59,174 nucleotides of DNA, from assembly GCA_964354655.1 (NCBI GenBank), contig CAYHAL010000001.1:32032-91205 (forward strand), written 5' to 3'. The notes under the pieces were generated by a model, which worked only from the letters and a program-made list of their open reading frames with translations, was not told the origin of the DNA and did no database searches. This DNA is from an uncultured Dehalococcoidales bacterium. Its GTDB lineage: Bacteria; Chloroflexota; Dehalococcoidia; Dehalococcoidales; E44-bin46. Below are positions 35,307 through 44,368 of the stretch, in pieces (the first letter of the stretch is position 1; each line of letters starts with the position of its first letter). The position numbers and the translations under genes are program-made.

Positions 35307-36011
35307 ATGTTACAAATAGAGAACCTAAAATTGATATTGGAGGGTAAGCCAATAATCGATGACTTGAGCCTTCATGTAGAAAAAGAGGAAATCCTGGCGG
35401 TACTGGGAGTAAATGGGACGGGGAAAACAACCCTGGCTTATCTGATAATGGGGGTAAATTACTTGCCTGATGATGGGAAAATAATATTTGAAGGTAAGGA
35501 CATTACCAAGTACTCAATCTCTCAGAGAGCCAAAATGGGGATAACCCTGGCTTGGCAAGAACCAGCTAGATTTGAGGGGCTGAGCATAAGAGAATACCTT
35601 GGGTTAGGAAATAGATTGAAAATGGAGGAGATTGAAGATTACCTTTGGGCGGTTGGACTGCCACCTTCCCAGTTCTTGAACCGGTCAGTGGACGCTAGTT
35701 TAAGCGGGGGAGAGAGAAAGAGGGTAGAGCTTGCCTCCGTTTTAGCCATGAAACCAAAACTTGCTATTTTAGATGAGGTTGATTCTGGAATAGATGTGGT
35801 TTCGCTACCTCATATCGTAAATGGTATCGTTAAAATGAAAAGCCTCGGCTCCTCAGTTCTTTTAATCACTCATAGTGAAGATACCGTAGAGATAGCCGAT
35901 AAAGTATCGGTGATGTGTGCTGGAAAGATATATAAGACAGGGCCGCCGAAGGAAATGTGTCAGTGGTTTAAACAGAATTGCCAAGTATGCGGTCACATTG
36001 TGCCAGACTAA
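35307..36011 (+). CDS. sufC: SufC-like Fe-S assembly ABC ATPase
   Basis: Walker A is GVNGTGKTT, the signature is LSGGERKR and Walker B is LAILDEVDSGID. It is directly followed by a SufB/D-like gene. Confidence 0.82.
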   Translation: MLQIENLKLILEGKPIIDDLSLHVEKEEILAVLGVNGTGKTTLAYLIMGVNYLPDDGKIIFEGKDITKYSISQRAKMGITLAWQEPARFEGLSIREYLGLGNRLKMEEIEDYLWAVGLPPSQFLNRSVDASLSGGERKRVELASVLAMKPKLAILDEVDSGIDVVSLPHIVNGIVKMKSLGSSVLLITHSEDTVEIADKVSVMCAGKIYKTGPPKEMCQWFKQNCQVCGHIVPD

Positions 36012-36025
36012 AGGCGGTTTAAGAG

Positions 36026-36976
36026 ATGATTACTATTAAAGAAGAATACCAAGAGATTATTCAAGCCTACGGAAAAGCTGGTGGGAGTAAGAAAGCCCTT
36101 GAAAGCAGAGAGGTAGCCAGTCTTGTAGTCCATGAAAACCGGGTCTTAAGGGCTAACCAAGCAGAAGGAATAAGCGTGAAATGGGAGCAACTGGAGAAAG
36201 GGGTTAGGGTTGAGCTGGTGGTGGAGGAGGGGAAGAAAATCAAATATCCTGTCCATCTATGCTTCGGCATGCTACCGCAGGAAGGGCTACAGGAAATTGT
36301 TTTAAAGGTAAATGTTCAAGATGGTGGCGAGGTAAGTATAATCGCCCACTGTATTTTCCCCAGTGCGGTTAACATAATCCATAAGATGGATGCCGATATA
36401 AAAATAGGCAATAATGCTAAGTTTAAATATCATGAAACTCATTACCATGGGGACTCTGGCGGCATCAAGGTCATCCCCAAGGCAAAGGTTGAGGTCGGAG
36501 AGAAAAGCATTTATCACAACACCTTTAGCCTGATTGAAGGCTGTGTTGGGACGCTGGATTTCAATTACGAGGTATTTTGTGGTGAAAAAAGTATAACCGA
36601 GCTTGTAGCCAAGGTATATGGGGAAAAAGAAGATGACATAAAAATATCAGAGAAGGTGAATCTGAACGGACGCGAGGCTAGAAGTTTGATAAAAAGTCGC
36701 CTCGTCCTAAGAGATAAGGCCAAGGCAGAGGTTATTGGTGAGACCTATGGTAATGCCCCCTTGGCTCGAGGACATGTTGATTGTACTGAGATTGTAGATG
36801 GTGAAGAAGCAATAGCCAAAGCTATACCCATTGTATCAGTGACTAACAAAGAAGCCAAGGTCACCCATGAAGCGGCTATAGGTAGCATTGACAAAAAGCA
36901 GATGCAGACATTGATGGCTAGAGGGCTGGATAGAGAGGGAGCAGTCAAGGTTATTGTAAAAGGGATATTGAAATAG
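36026..36976 (+). CDS. SufB/SufD-family Fe-S assembly scaffold protein (short form)
   Basis: It has a beta-helix-type repetitive core and the C-terminal block GHVDCTEIV...AKAIPIVSV...EAKVTHEAAIGSIDKKQMQTLMARGLDREGA, typical of SufB/D. Confidence 0.8.
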   Translation: MITIKEEYQEIIQAYGKAGGSKKALESREVASLVVHENRVLRANQAEGISVKWEQLEKGVRVELVVEEGKKIKYPVHLCFGMLPQEGLQEIVLKVNVQDGGEVSIIAHCIFPSAVNIIHKMDADIKIGNNAKFKYHETHYHGDSGGIKVIPKAKVEVGEKSIYHNTFSLIEGCVGTLDFNYEVFCGEKSITELVAKVYGEKEDDIKISEKVNLNGREARSLIKSRLVLRDKAKAEVIGETYGNAPLARGHVDCTEIVDGEEAIAKAIPIVSVTNKEAKVTHEAAIGSIDKKQMQTLMARGLDREGAVKVIVKGILK

Positions 36977-36980
36977 AAGT

Positions 36981-37406
36981 ATGAAGAATTTTGAACCTAA
37001 AGTTGTGGTCTTCTGTTGTAACTGGTGTTCACCCGCTGGAGTCGACCTCGCTGGCAGTTCAAAATTAAAGAGCAATCTCTATTCCAGAATTATCAAAACC
37101 ACGTGTACCGGAAGAATAGAGCCAAGCTTCATCCTTCGCGCTTTTGCTAAAGGCGCTGATGGGGTAATTATAGCCGGATGTCACCCTGGGGATTGCCATT
37201 ATATCAGTGGTAACCTTAAGGCAAGGCGAATAATAACGTTAATTAAAAATCTACTCCCACAACTCGGGATAGAACTCGAGAGATTAAGGCTAGAGTGGAT
37301 TTCAACATCTGAGGCGGAGAAATTCCAGTCAGCAGCCGATGAATTCATGGATGAGGTCACCAAGCTTGGTTCCCTTAGACAAATTGACAGGGTGAAGGTA
37401 AAATGA
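36981..37406 (+). CDS. MvhD/FlpD-like hydrogenase iron-sulfur subunit
   Basis: KVVVFCCNWC...CTGRIEP...GADGVIIAGCHPGDCHY matches the methyl-viologen-reducing hydrogenase delta-subunit family pattern. Confidence 0.85.
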   Translation: MKNFEPKVVVFCCNWCSPAGVDLAGSSKLKSNLYSRIIKTTCTGRIEPSFILRAFAKGADGVIIAGCHPGDCHYISGNLKARRIITLIKNLLPQLGIELERLRLEWISTSEAEKFQSAADEFMDEVTKLGSLRQIDRVKVK

Positions 37407-37471
37407 GCCAGCAAACTATCCAGCTAAGTGGTTGGAAAGTCACTGTATGATAGATTCAGTGGGGTTAGCGA

Positions 37472-39775
37472 ATGGTGCTGGTAAGAGTAAAAAAACTAGC
37501 CAGGATAAAGGTTCAGGGGGTGGTGCAGGGGGTTGGCTTCAGACCCTTTGTTTATCGATTGGCTGGTGGGTATAACCTTAAGGGTTGGGTGCGCAATACC
37601 TCAGGAAATGTAGAGATTGAGGTAGAGGGAGATGAGGAGTCCTTAAGAAGTTTCCTGAATGACCTTGAAACCAAAGCCCCTCCCATGGCGTGTCTTGAAA
37701 AGGTCGAAACCACTTTCCACCCCCCGAAGGGTTATACCGAGTTCAAGATTTGGGAGAGTCTGAGCCAAAAGGGGAAATACCAGTTAGTGTCACCAGATAT
37801 CGCCACCTGTGAAGAGTGTAAGCGGGAGCTCTTCTGTCCTACCGACCGCCGTTTCCGCTACCCATTTACTAACTGCACCAATTGCGGTCCTCGATTTACC
37901 ATTATTGAGGACATCCCTTACGACCGCCCCAAGACTACCATGCGCCAGTTTGTAATGTGCCCTGAGTGTCAGCAGGAATACGATAATCCTTTAGACCGGC
38001 GTTTTCATGCCCAGCCTAATGCCTGCCCTAAGTGCGGTCCCAGCTTGAAGCTAGTTAACGGTGATGGTAACCCTACTAAGATTAAAGATGTCATTAAAGC
38101 GGCAAGCGCTCTCCTGAAATCAGGGAAAATCTTGGCACTTAGAGGTCTAGGTGGATTTCACCTTGCCTGTGATGCTACCAATGAGGAAGCGGTAAACCGT
38201 TTAAGAGCCAGGAAAAGGCGCCCCGCCAAACCTTTGGCGGTCATGGTAGGTACTATTGAGGATATTGAAAACCACTGCTTCATATTCCCTGAAGAGAAAA
38301 AGCTGCTCCAATCCCCGCAATGTCCGATTGTCCTTTTGAGGTGGAAACATAGCTCGTCCAATATCTCCCCAGCGGTAGCCCCAAATCTAAAGTATCTCGG
38401 GGTCATGCTGCCTTATACCCCTCTGCATCACCTTCTATTAAGGGAGACCGGTGTTCCTCTGGTTATGACCAGCGGCAACATTAGCGAGGAGCCCATTGCT
38501 AAGGATAACGACGAAGCTTTGAGAAGGCTCAGGGGAATTGCTGATTATTTTCTGCTTCACAATCGGGATATATATGCCCGTTATGATGATAGTGTCTATA
38601 TGGTAGAGGGTGTGCCTCAGGCTATAAGGCGAGCCCGGAGTTATGCCCCATGCCCCATTTTTCTTCCTTTTAAGTCAAAGCAGGTTCTTGCCTGCGGTGC
38701 CGAACTGAAGAATACCTTCTGCCTTACTAAAGATGAACACGCCTTCCTTAGCCAGCACATCGGCGATATGGAGAATGAGGAAACCTTAGACCACTTTGAA
38801 AACACCATTGAGCTTTATAAGAAGCTATTCCGCATTGAACCTGAAATTGTGGCTTATGATATGCACCCAGAATATCTTGCCACGAAATATGCCCTTCAAG
38901 TCGGCTTTGAGCGCGGCTTAAGACTTGTCCCGGTTCAGCATCATCATGCCCATATCGTAAGTTGTCTGGCAGAGAATAATGTAGAGGGTCCGGTTATCGG
39001 CGTAGCCTTTGATGGCACAGGCTACGGTACTGATGACACCATTTGGGGAGGGGAATTTCTGCTCGCTGACTGGCGCAGCTGCCAAAGGGTTGGACATCTA
39101 GAATATGTCCCTCTAGTTGGAGGTGCTGCCGCTATAAGGAAGCCCTATCGTATGGCTTTAAGCTATCTCTATACATTGCTAGGCGAAGACTTTGCCTTGG
39201 ATGGTCTTGCTATTAATAAGCTAAATCCCGTCGAGCTTGAGGTAATAAAACAACAGCTAAAGCAAGGGGTAAATTCTCCGCTGACTTCAAGCGCCGGGCG
39301 ACTTTTTGACGCCGTTTCCGCCTTAGCCGGGGTCAGGGGAGAAATAGATTATGAAGCTCAGGCAGCCATTGAGCTTGAGATGCTGGCTCCAGACGAATTG
39401 GACGAATTTGAGGCAAAGTCCTACCCCTTCTCCATCACTAAAGACCAGGGAATAAGGGCGCTAAAACTGGGAGGGCTATTCGCAACGATAGTTCAGGATG
39501 TCAGAAATCGGGTTCCTGCCCCAATAATATCACTCAAGTTTCATAACACCATGGCTCAGATGGTCGCTGAAATGTGTAAAACCATCGCCGAAGAGAGTGG
39601 CATAAAGAGAGTGGCACTAAGCGGGGGAGTTTTCCAGAATCGGTTGCTGCTGAAGCTAGCGACATCTGCTTTATATAAAGAAGGTCTCGCTGTGCTTACC
39701 CACCGGCTGATGCCCTGCAATGATGGTGGCATTTCCTTAGGGCAAGCGGTGATTGCCAATTTTGCCAGTAGTTGA
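37472..39775 (+). CDS. hypF: [NiFe]-hydrogenase maturation carbamoyltransferase HypF
   Basis: The acylphosphatase domain is VQGVVQGVGFRPFVYRLA. Two CxxC-x18-CxxC zinc fingers are present (CEECKRE..CTNCGPRF and CPECQQE..CPKCGP). There is a YrdC-like domain (RLRARKRRPAKPLAVM) and a Kae1-like C-terminus. Confidence 0.92.
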   Translation: MVLVRVKKLARIKVQGVVQGVGFRPFVYRLAGGYNLKGWVRNTSGNVEIEVEGDEESLRSFLNDLETKAPPMACLEKVETTFHPPKGYTEFKIWESLSQKGKYQLVSPDIATCEECKRELFCPTDRRFRYPFTNCTNCGPRFTIIEDIPYDRPKTTMRQFVMCPECQQEYDNPLDRRFHAQPNACPKCGPSLKLVNGDGNPTKIKDVIKAASALLKSGKILALRGLGGFHLACDATNEEAVNRLRARKRRPAKPLAVMVGTIEDIENHCFIFPEEKKLLQSPQCPIVLLRWKHSSSNISPAVAPNLKYLGVMLPYTPLHHLLLRETGVPLVMTSGNISEEPIAKDNDEALRRLRGIADYFLLHNRDIYARYDDSVYMVEGVPQAIRRARSYAPCPIFLPFKSKQVLACGAELKNTFCLTKDEHAFLSQHIGDMENEETLDHFENTIELYKKLFRIEPEIVAYDMHPEYLATKYALQVGFERGLRLVPVQHHHAHIVSCLAENNVEGPVIGVAFDGTGYGTDDTIWGGEFLLADWRSCQRVGHLEYVPLVGGAAAIRKPYRMALSYLYTLLGEDFALDGLAINKLNPVELEVIKQQLKQGVNSPLTSSAGRLFDAVSALAGVRGEIDYEAQAAIELEMLAPDELDEFEAKSYPFSITKDQGIRALKLGGLFATIVQDVRNRVPAPIISLKFHNTMAQMVAEMCKTIAEESGIKRVALSGGVFQNRLLLKLATSALYKEGLAVLTHRLMPCNDGGISLGQAVIANFASS

Positions 39776-39783
39776 GAGAGTCA

Positions 39784-39804
39784 AAGAGAGGCTTTGCCTC
39801 TCTT
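39784..39804 (+). terminator. Short hairpin immediately after the hypF stop (weak terminator or processing signal)
   Basis: Stem AAGAGAGGC-TTT-GCCTCTCTT of 9 bp. There is no downstream T-run. Confidence 0.3.
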
Positions 39805-39808
39805 ATAT

Positions 39809-39891
39809 AACCCATCCCCCTGACCCCCTTCCCTTGACAAGGAGAGGGGGACAAAGGGGGTGAGGTCAACAAAACTAAAGGGGGATAGGGT
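39809..39891. repeat. C/G-run-rich imperfect palindromic intergenic element (REP/MITE-like), copy A
   Basis: The left arm is acccatccccctgacccccttccc, the inner hairpin is ccccttcccttgacaaggagagggg, and the right arm is gggggtgaggtca...gggggatagggt. It is homologous to the reverse complement of 49131..49180 apart from four 1-nt gaps in homopolymer runs and a few substitutions. Confidence 0.65.
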
Positions 39892-39906
39892 CATTAGGAG
39901 TTAGAT

Positions 39907-40137
39907 ATGTGCCTAGCCATACCAGCGCTGATTAAGCTTGTAGAGGATAAAGAGGCTGAGGTTGAGATAGGAGGTATAACTCGGCGGATAAGCCTATGGC
40001 TCACCCCAGAGGCTAAAGTAGGGGACTATGTGCTGGTTCATACCGGCTACGCCATAAATATCTTAGACCAGGAAGAAGCCGAGGAAACCTTAAGGCTCTT
40101 GGAGGAAATAGCTGAGTTGGTTGAGGAGGAAGGGTGA
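39907..40137 (+). CDS. hypC: Hydrogenase maturation chaperone HypC
   Basis: The N-terminal MCLAIP motif and the length of 76 aa fit HypC. The stop overlaps the hypD start. Confidence 0.9.
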   Translation: MCLAIPALIKLVEDKEAEVEIGGITRRISLWLTPEAKVGDYVLVHTGYAINILDQEEAEETLRLLEEIAELVEEEG

Positions 40138-41228
40138 GGTTTATCACTGAATTTCGGCGCTCTGAACTGGCTAAGGGATTGATTTCCCACATTCACCGTC
40201 AGTCTAAGACCCGGGCAAGATTCATGGAGTTCTGCGGTGGTCATACCGTAACTATCTTTAGATATGGTATTCGGCAGGTTTTACCCAAAACTATTGACAT
40301 GGTCTCCGGTCCGGGTTGTCCTATCTGTGTTACCGCAACCCCTGACTTGGACAAGGCAATTGTCTTAGCCCAAACTCCGGGCGTCACCATCGCTACCTTC
40401 GGCGATATGCTTAAAGTCCCGGGAAGCTATTCTAGCTTAGAGAAGGTCAAGGCTAATGGGGCTGAGGTGTATGTGGTATATTCCACTGTGGACGCTCTTG
40501 AAATAGCCAAGGAAAATCCGACTAAGTCTGTGGTCTTCCTTGGAATTGGATTTGAGACCACCGCCCCAACTATCGCTGTTTCCGTCCTCCAAGCCCAGGA
40601 GAGAAAGATAAGGAATTACTATGTCCTTTCTTTACATAAACTTTGTCCTCCGGTGATTAAAGCTATCCTTGATTCTGGCGAGGTCAGGCTTGATGGACTT
40701 ATATGCCCCGGGCATGTAAGTGCTATTATTGGCTCCCATCCCTGGGAATTTATTGCCCGGGATTACGGCATCCCCTGTGTGATCTCCGGCTTTGAACCTT
40801 TAGACATCCTACAATCCGTTGATATGCTGGTGAATCAGGTTGAAAATGGTGAGTCTAAGGTTGAAATTGCCTACCGACGGGGAGTGCGTCCTGAGGGCAA
40901 CCGACAGGCTTTAAGGCTCATGGGGCAGGTATTTGAGCCTTGCTCAGCCAGGTGGCGGGGGGTAGGGGAGGTTCCCAATAGTGGTTTAAAGTTAAGGCAA
41001 GAATATCAGCGCTTTGATGCTGAACTTGCTTTTGATATCACCCCCAGCCCTGCTTGTGAACCTACGGGTTGCATCTGTGGCGACATCCTTCGCGGAGTTA
41101 AGACGCCGGCTGATTGCCCACTCTTCGGCCAAGCCTGCACCCCGCAAAATCCGGTAGGACCATGTATGGTCTCGTCAGAGGGCGCTTGCTCTGCCTACTA
41201 CCTTTATGGAGGTGATTTTGGAGGATAA
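40134..41228 (+). CDS. hypD: Hydrogenase maturation protein HypD
   Basis: FMEFCGGHT, GPGCPICV, GFETTAP and the C-terminal Cys cluster PTGCICG...CPLF..C all fit HypD. Confidence 0.92.
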   Translation: MRFITEFRRSELAKGLISHIHRQSKTRARFMEFCGGHTVTIFRYGIRQVLPKTIDMVSGPGCPICVTATPDLDKAIVLAQTPGVTIATFGDMLKVPGSYSSLEKVKANGAEVYVVYSTVDALEIAKENPTKSVVFLGIGFETTAPTIAVSVLQAQERKIRNYYVLSLHKLCPPVIKAILDSGEVRLDGLICPGHVSAIIGSHPWEFIARDYGIPCVISGFEPLDILQSVDMLVNQVENGESKVEIAYRRGVRPEGNRQALRLMGQVFEPCSARWRGVGEVPNSGLKLRQEYQRFDAELAFDITPSPACEPTGCICGDILRGVKTPADCPLFGQACTPQNPVGPCMVSSEGACSAYYLYGGDFGG

Positions 41229-42222
41229 AATCCTGCTCGCCCACGGCAGTGGAGGCAAGCTAGCCCATGAGCTGGTGGAGAAAAGCTTTGTCAAAGCTTT
41301 TGCCAATCCATTTTTAGCTAAATTGGATGACTCAGCCGTTTTTGAACTAAGCGGGAAACTTGCTTTCACCACCGATAGTTATGTGGTAAGCCCTATTTTC
41401 TTTCCTGGTGGAGATATTGGCAAGCTTGCCGTCTATGGCACGGTGAACGACTTAGCTATGTCCGGGGCTAAACCCCTTTATTTATCGCTTGCCTTCATCA
41501 TTGAGGAGGGGCTGCCCTATAGTGAGCTGAGCAAAATCGTAGAGTCTACTCAGAGGGCAACCCAGGAAGCGGGGGTACAAATCGTCACCGGGGACACTAA
41601 AGTGGTACATAGAGGCAGCGCCGATAAGCTCTTTATTAATACTGCCGGTGTGGGTGTAATACCGGAGGGGGTTGATATCTCTGGTAGCAAGGCAACGCTG
41701 GGAGATAAGGTGATTCTAAGCGGGACTATAGGCGACCACGGAATAGCTGTGCTCAGCCAGCGGGAAGGGCTGAGCTTTTCTACTCAATTGGAGAGCGATT
41801 GCGCTCCACTTAATAGCTTGGTAGCTAGAATGTTAGCCGTTAGCCCAAATATCCATTGTTTACGAGACCCTACCCGAGGTGGACTAGCTACTACTCTAAA
41901 TGAACTGGCAAAACAATCAAAAGTAGGTATAAGGATTGAAGAGGAAAAGGTCCCGGTACGCGAGGAGGTTCTGGCAGCTTGCGAGATGTTGGGCTTTGAC
42001 CCCCTCTATGTAGCCAATGAGGGAAAGCTAGTGGCTATAGTCCCGGCTGAAGACGCCGATAAGATTCTTGAGGCAATGCTGGGAAACCACTATGGAAAAT
42101 GCGCAGCAATCATCGGCGAAGTAAGCGAAGAACACCCTGGACGGGTGGTAATGAAAACCTGTCTGGGTGCTTCCCGCATAGTTGATATGTTAGTTGGAGA
42201 CCTACTGCCTAGGATTTGTTAG
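41206..42222 (+). CDS. hypE: Hydrogenase maturation protein HypE
   Basis: It shows the AIR-synthase-like fold pattern (LAHGSGG, GTVNDLAMSGAKP, VTGDTKV) and the invariant C-terminal PRIC. Confidence 0.92.
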   Translation: MEVILEDKILLAHGSGGKLAHELVEKSFVKAFANPFLAKLDDSAVFELSGKLAFTTDSYVVSPIFFPGGDIGKLAVYGTVNDLAMSGAKPLYLSLAFIIEEGLPYSELSKIVESTQRATQEAGVQIVTGDTKVVHRGSADKLFINTAGVGVIPEGVDISGSKATLGDKVILSGTIGDHGIAVLSQREGLSFSTQLESDCAPLNSLVARMLAVSPNIHCLRDPTRGGLATTLNELAKQSKVGIRIEEEKVPVREEVLAACEMLGFDPLYVANEGKLVAIVPAEDADKILEAMLGNHYGKCAAIIGEVSEEHPGRVVMKTCLGASRIVDMLVGDLLPRIC

Positions 42223-42223
42223 A

Positions 42224-42565
42224 ATGCACGAACTTGCCATCACCCAAAGTATGCTCAACCTTGTCCTGGAACAAGCCCAAAAGGCTGGAGCCAAGGAAGT
42301 CAAGAGAATCAACCTGGTCATCGGGAAGATGAGCGGATTTGCTGAGGAAAGTGTGCAGTTTTACTTTGACCTTATTAGTAAAGGAACCATCGCTGAGAGG
42401 GCTGTCCTTTCTTTCAAGACGATTCCGACAACGGCTCGCTGCCAGGGCTGTGGTAAGTTCTTCGAGCCTAAAGAGTCTGATTGGTCTTGCCCCTACTGTC
42501 AGAGTAATAGTGTGGAGATTGTAGCTGGTGAAGAGCTGCAGGTAGAAAGTATTGAGGTAGAATAG
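42224..42565 (+). CDS. hypA: Hydrogenase nickel-insertion protein HypA
   Basis: The N-terminus is MHELAITQSM and the zinc site is CQGCG...CPYCQ. ATG 42224 follows the hypE stop by 1 nt. Confidence 0.9.
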   Translation: MHELAITQSMLNLVLEQAQKAGAKEVKRINLVIGKMSGFAEESVQFYFDLISKGTIAERAVLSFKTIPTTARCQGCGKFFEPKESDWSCPYCQSNSVEIVAGEELQVESIEVE

Positions 42566-42568
42566 ATG

Positions 42569-42597
42569 GAGATAAAGGTTCTCAAATCCTTTATCTC
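42569..42597. terminator. Hairpin between convergent hypA and cutA
   Basis: 10-bp stem GAGATAAAGG / CCTTTATCTC with a 9-nt loop. It overlaps the cutA stop. No clear U-tract on either strand. Confidence 0.35.
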
Positions 42598-42914
42598 ACC
42601 TCTTTCTGTATCCACTCTAGATAATCCTGATTGCCGCCGATAATGGGTAAGGCGATTAATTCAGGAATATCGTAGCTGTGAATCTCTTTGACTAATGGGA
42701 CAATTTCGCTTAATTGCGATGCTTTAGTCTTGACAATAAGCAGGCTTTCCTCAGCCGAATCAAGCTTACCCTGCCACCAGAAAAGCGAATTGACCTTAGG
42801 CACAATGTTCACACAAGCTACCTTCTTCTGCTCAAGTAGCACCCTGGATATCCGCTGTGCTTCCTCGGCAGTAGCTGCGGTGATAAGGAGGACTATATAA
42901 GTGGATGCTTCCAT
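42591..42914 (-). CDS. cutA: Divalent-cation tolerance protein CutA
   Basis: VLLITAATAEEAQRISRVLLEQKKVACVNIVPKVNSLFWWQGKLDSAEESLLIVKT matches the CutA1 family pattern. Confidence 0.85.
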   Translation of the reverse strand: MEASTYIVLLITAATAEEAQRISRVLLEQKKVACVNIVPKVNSLFWWQGKLDSAEESLLIVKTKASQLSEIVPLVKEIHSYDIPELIALPIIGGNQDYLEWIQKEVR

Positions 42915-42955
42915 TCTTATTGATGGGCAGGACTTTTCGCTTGGCTTTAGGCTTC

Positions 42956-43111
42956 CTACAATTCCTTCTTAAGTATTTTTTCTTTGAGAGCCTGCCACTG
43001 CTCGATAGTCAACTTACAGGTGTTGCCCTTCTCTCCTATTTCTACATGTTTTTCCCCTACCTTGACTACCGGGCAACTTGAGCATGAACTGCATAGACTT
43101 ACGATTTTCAT
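42956..43111 (-). CDS. Small Cys-rich protein (51 aa), not in the ORF track
   Basis: The reverse strand has GGAGGGG, then 7 nt, then ATG. The product is MKIVSLCSSCSSCPVVKVGEKHVEIGEKGNTCKLTIEQWQALKEKILKKEL. The stop is at 42956-42958. Confidence 0.5.
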   Translation of the reverse strand: MKIVSLCSSCSSCPVVKVGEKHVEIGEKGNTCKLTIEQWQALKEKILKKEL

Positions 43112-43224
43112 ATTCTTACCCCTCCTTTCATACTAAGGCATAGATTCTCTCGAGCCCCCGCCCACAATCAGGCTGCTCATTACACTAAATTGTACACTAT
43201 ACTTTAGCCTCGCTTCAAGTTTTA

Positions 43225-43953
43225 TTAAATAGAAGTGGGGCAAATTTTCACCCTGCCCCAAAGTCCGGTATTCTCACCTTGAATGATTATCACGCCTAAT
43301 ACACCCTCAATACTCTTAGCTAACTCAATGCCATCGGGAATATTAGTTGGTTGCTTAATCAAGTTTCCAATAGCGGTGGCAGCAGCATCAGCCAGAATGG
43401 CTGATTTAGAAAGTACGACAACTGCGTCAGCCTTGCCGAAACTTAGAGAATGCCCCACCGTTCCTGAAGAGGTACAGATTCCTATCGGTGTATCTGTCCC
43501 GGCGATTTCTAGCCCTATTTTGCCGGTTAATGGTGATAGTCCAGCATAAATCCCTACTACCCTTTTCCCCAGGCTTTTCAGGTAAATGTCGCCCCCGTTT
43601 TCTATAATTACCTCTGGCGAGAAGGCTATTAGTTCAGTGCCAACAAATTCAGCTATAGCCCCGGCAACCGACGCCATTGGACCAACTCCAGCCCGGCTGG
43701 CTGCCTCTGACATCGCCTTTACAATGCGGGGGGCATTGTCATCAACGGGGAGGGGTTGCAGGGAGGTTAAAAAGGCAGGATATTGGCTAATATACCTTTC
43801 CAATATATCACGATACTTTAATACTAGCCTAAGCGCCTTCCGTCTCAGGTTAGTTGAGGCACGAATATATAAATCTGTCTCTTTCACTACTACATTGAAA
43901 GAGACCAGGTCTCCGCCTTTAATCCAATGGCGATAGGTTCGGGGTTCATACAT
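43225..43953 (-). CDS. UPF0280 / COG2122 (ApbE-related) protein
   Basis: The pattern RTYRH...ETDLYI....GVGPMASVAGAIAEFVG...ENGGDIY...CTSSGTVGHSLSFGKADAV fits this family. It is adjacent to the COG1900/NIL-ferredoxin pair. Confidence 0.72.
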   Translation of the reverse strand: MYEPRTYRHWIKGGDLVSFNVVVKETDLYIRASTNLRRKALRLVLKYRDILERYISQYPAFLTSLQPLPVDDNAPRIVKAMSEAASRAGVGPMASVAGAIAEFVGTELIAFSPEVIIENGGDIYLKSLGKRVVGIYAGLSPLTGKIGLEIAGTDTPIGICTSSGTVGHSLSFGKADAVVVLSKSAILADAAATAIGNLIKQPTNIPDGIELAKSIEGVLGVIIIQGENTGLWGRVKICPTSI

Positions 43954-43956
43954 CAG

Positions 43957-44367
43957 CTAGAAATGCAACTCCATGGCTCTGGGGGGACATGCCTTAATGC
44001 ATAGTTCGCAAGCCAGGCATTTTTCACCGTAGAAATTAACCCGCCTGGTGGCAAAGTCAAGCTCAAAGGCACCGGTAGGGCAAATAGTTATACATGCCCC
44101 ACAATGAGTGCATCTTTCATCATTACGAGTGACATCTTGGCTAAGCGATTGAATCCTCACCCCGGTCTCAGCTAAATACCTGATACCTCTATCATAGTCG
44201 ACTTGCTTCCCGCTTAATTCCAATACCATTAGGCCTTCTTCATCCGGAGTGACCGAGGCCTTTAGAATATTAAAGTCAAGGTTATAGTCCCTAACCAGTC
44301 GGCTGACTATGGGTCGCTCTACCAGTCGCTTGGGAAAATGTAGTACGATTCTTTTAGAAACTGCCAT
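43957..44367 (-). CDS. NIL-domain plus 2x[4Fe-4S] ferredoxin protein
   Basis: The NIL-like N-terminus is IVSRLVRDYNLDFNILKASVTPDEEGLMVLEL. The ferredoxin motifs are CTHCGACITICP and CLACELCIKACP. Confidence 0.85.
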   Translation of the reverse strand: MAVSKRIVLHFPKRLVERPIVSRLVRDYNLDFNILKASVTPDEEGLMVLELSGKQVDYDRGIRYLAETGVRIQSLSQDVTRNDERCTHCGACITICPTGAFELDFATRRVNFYGEKCLACELCIKACPPRAMELHF

Positions 44368-44368
44368 T

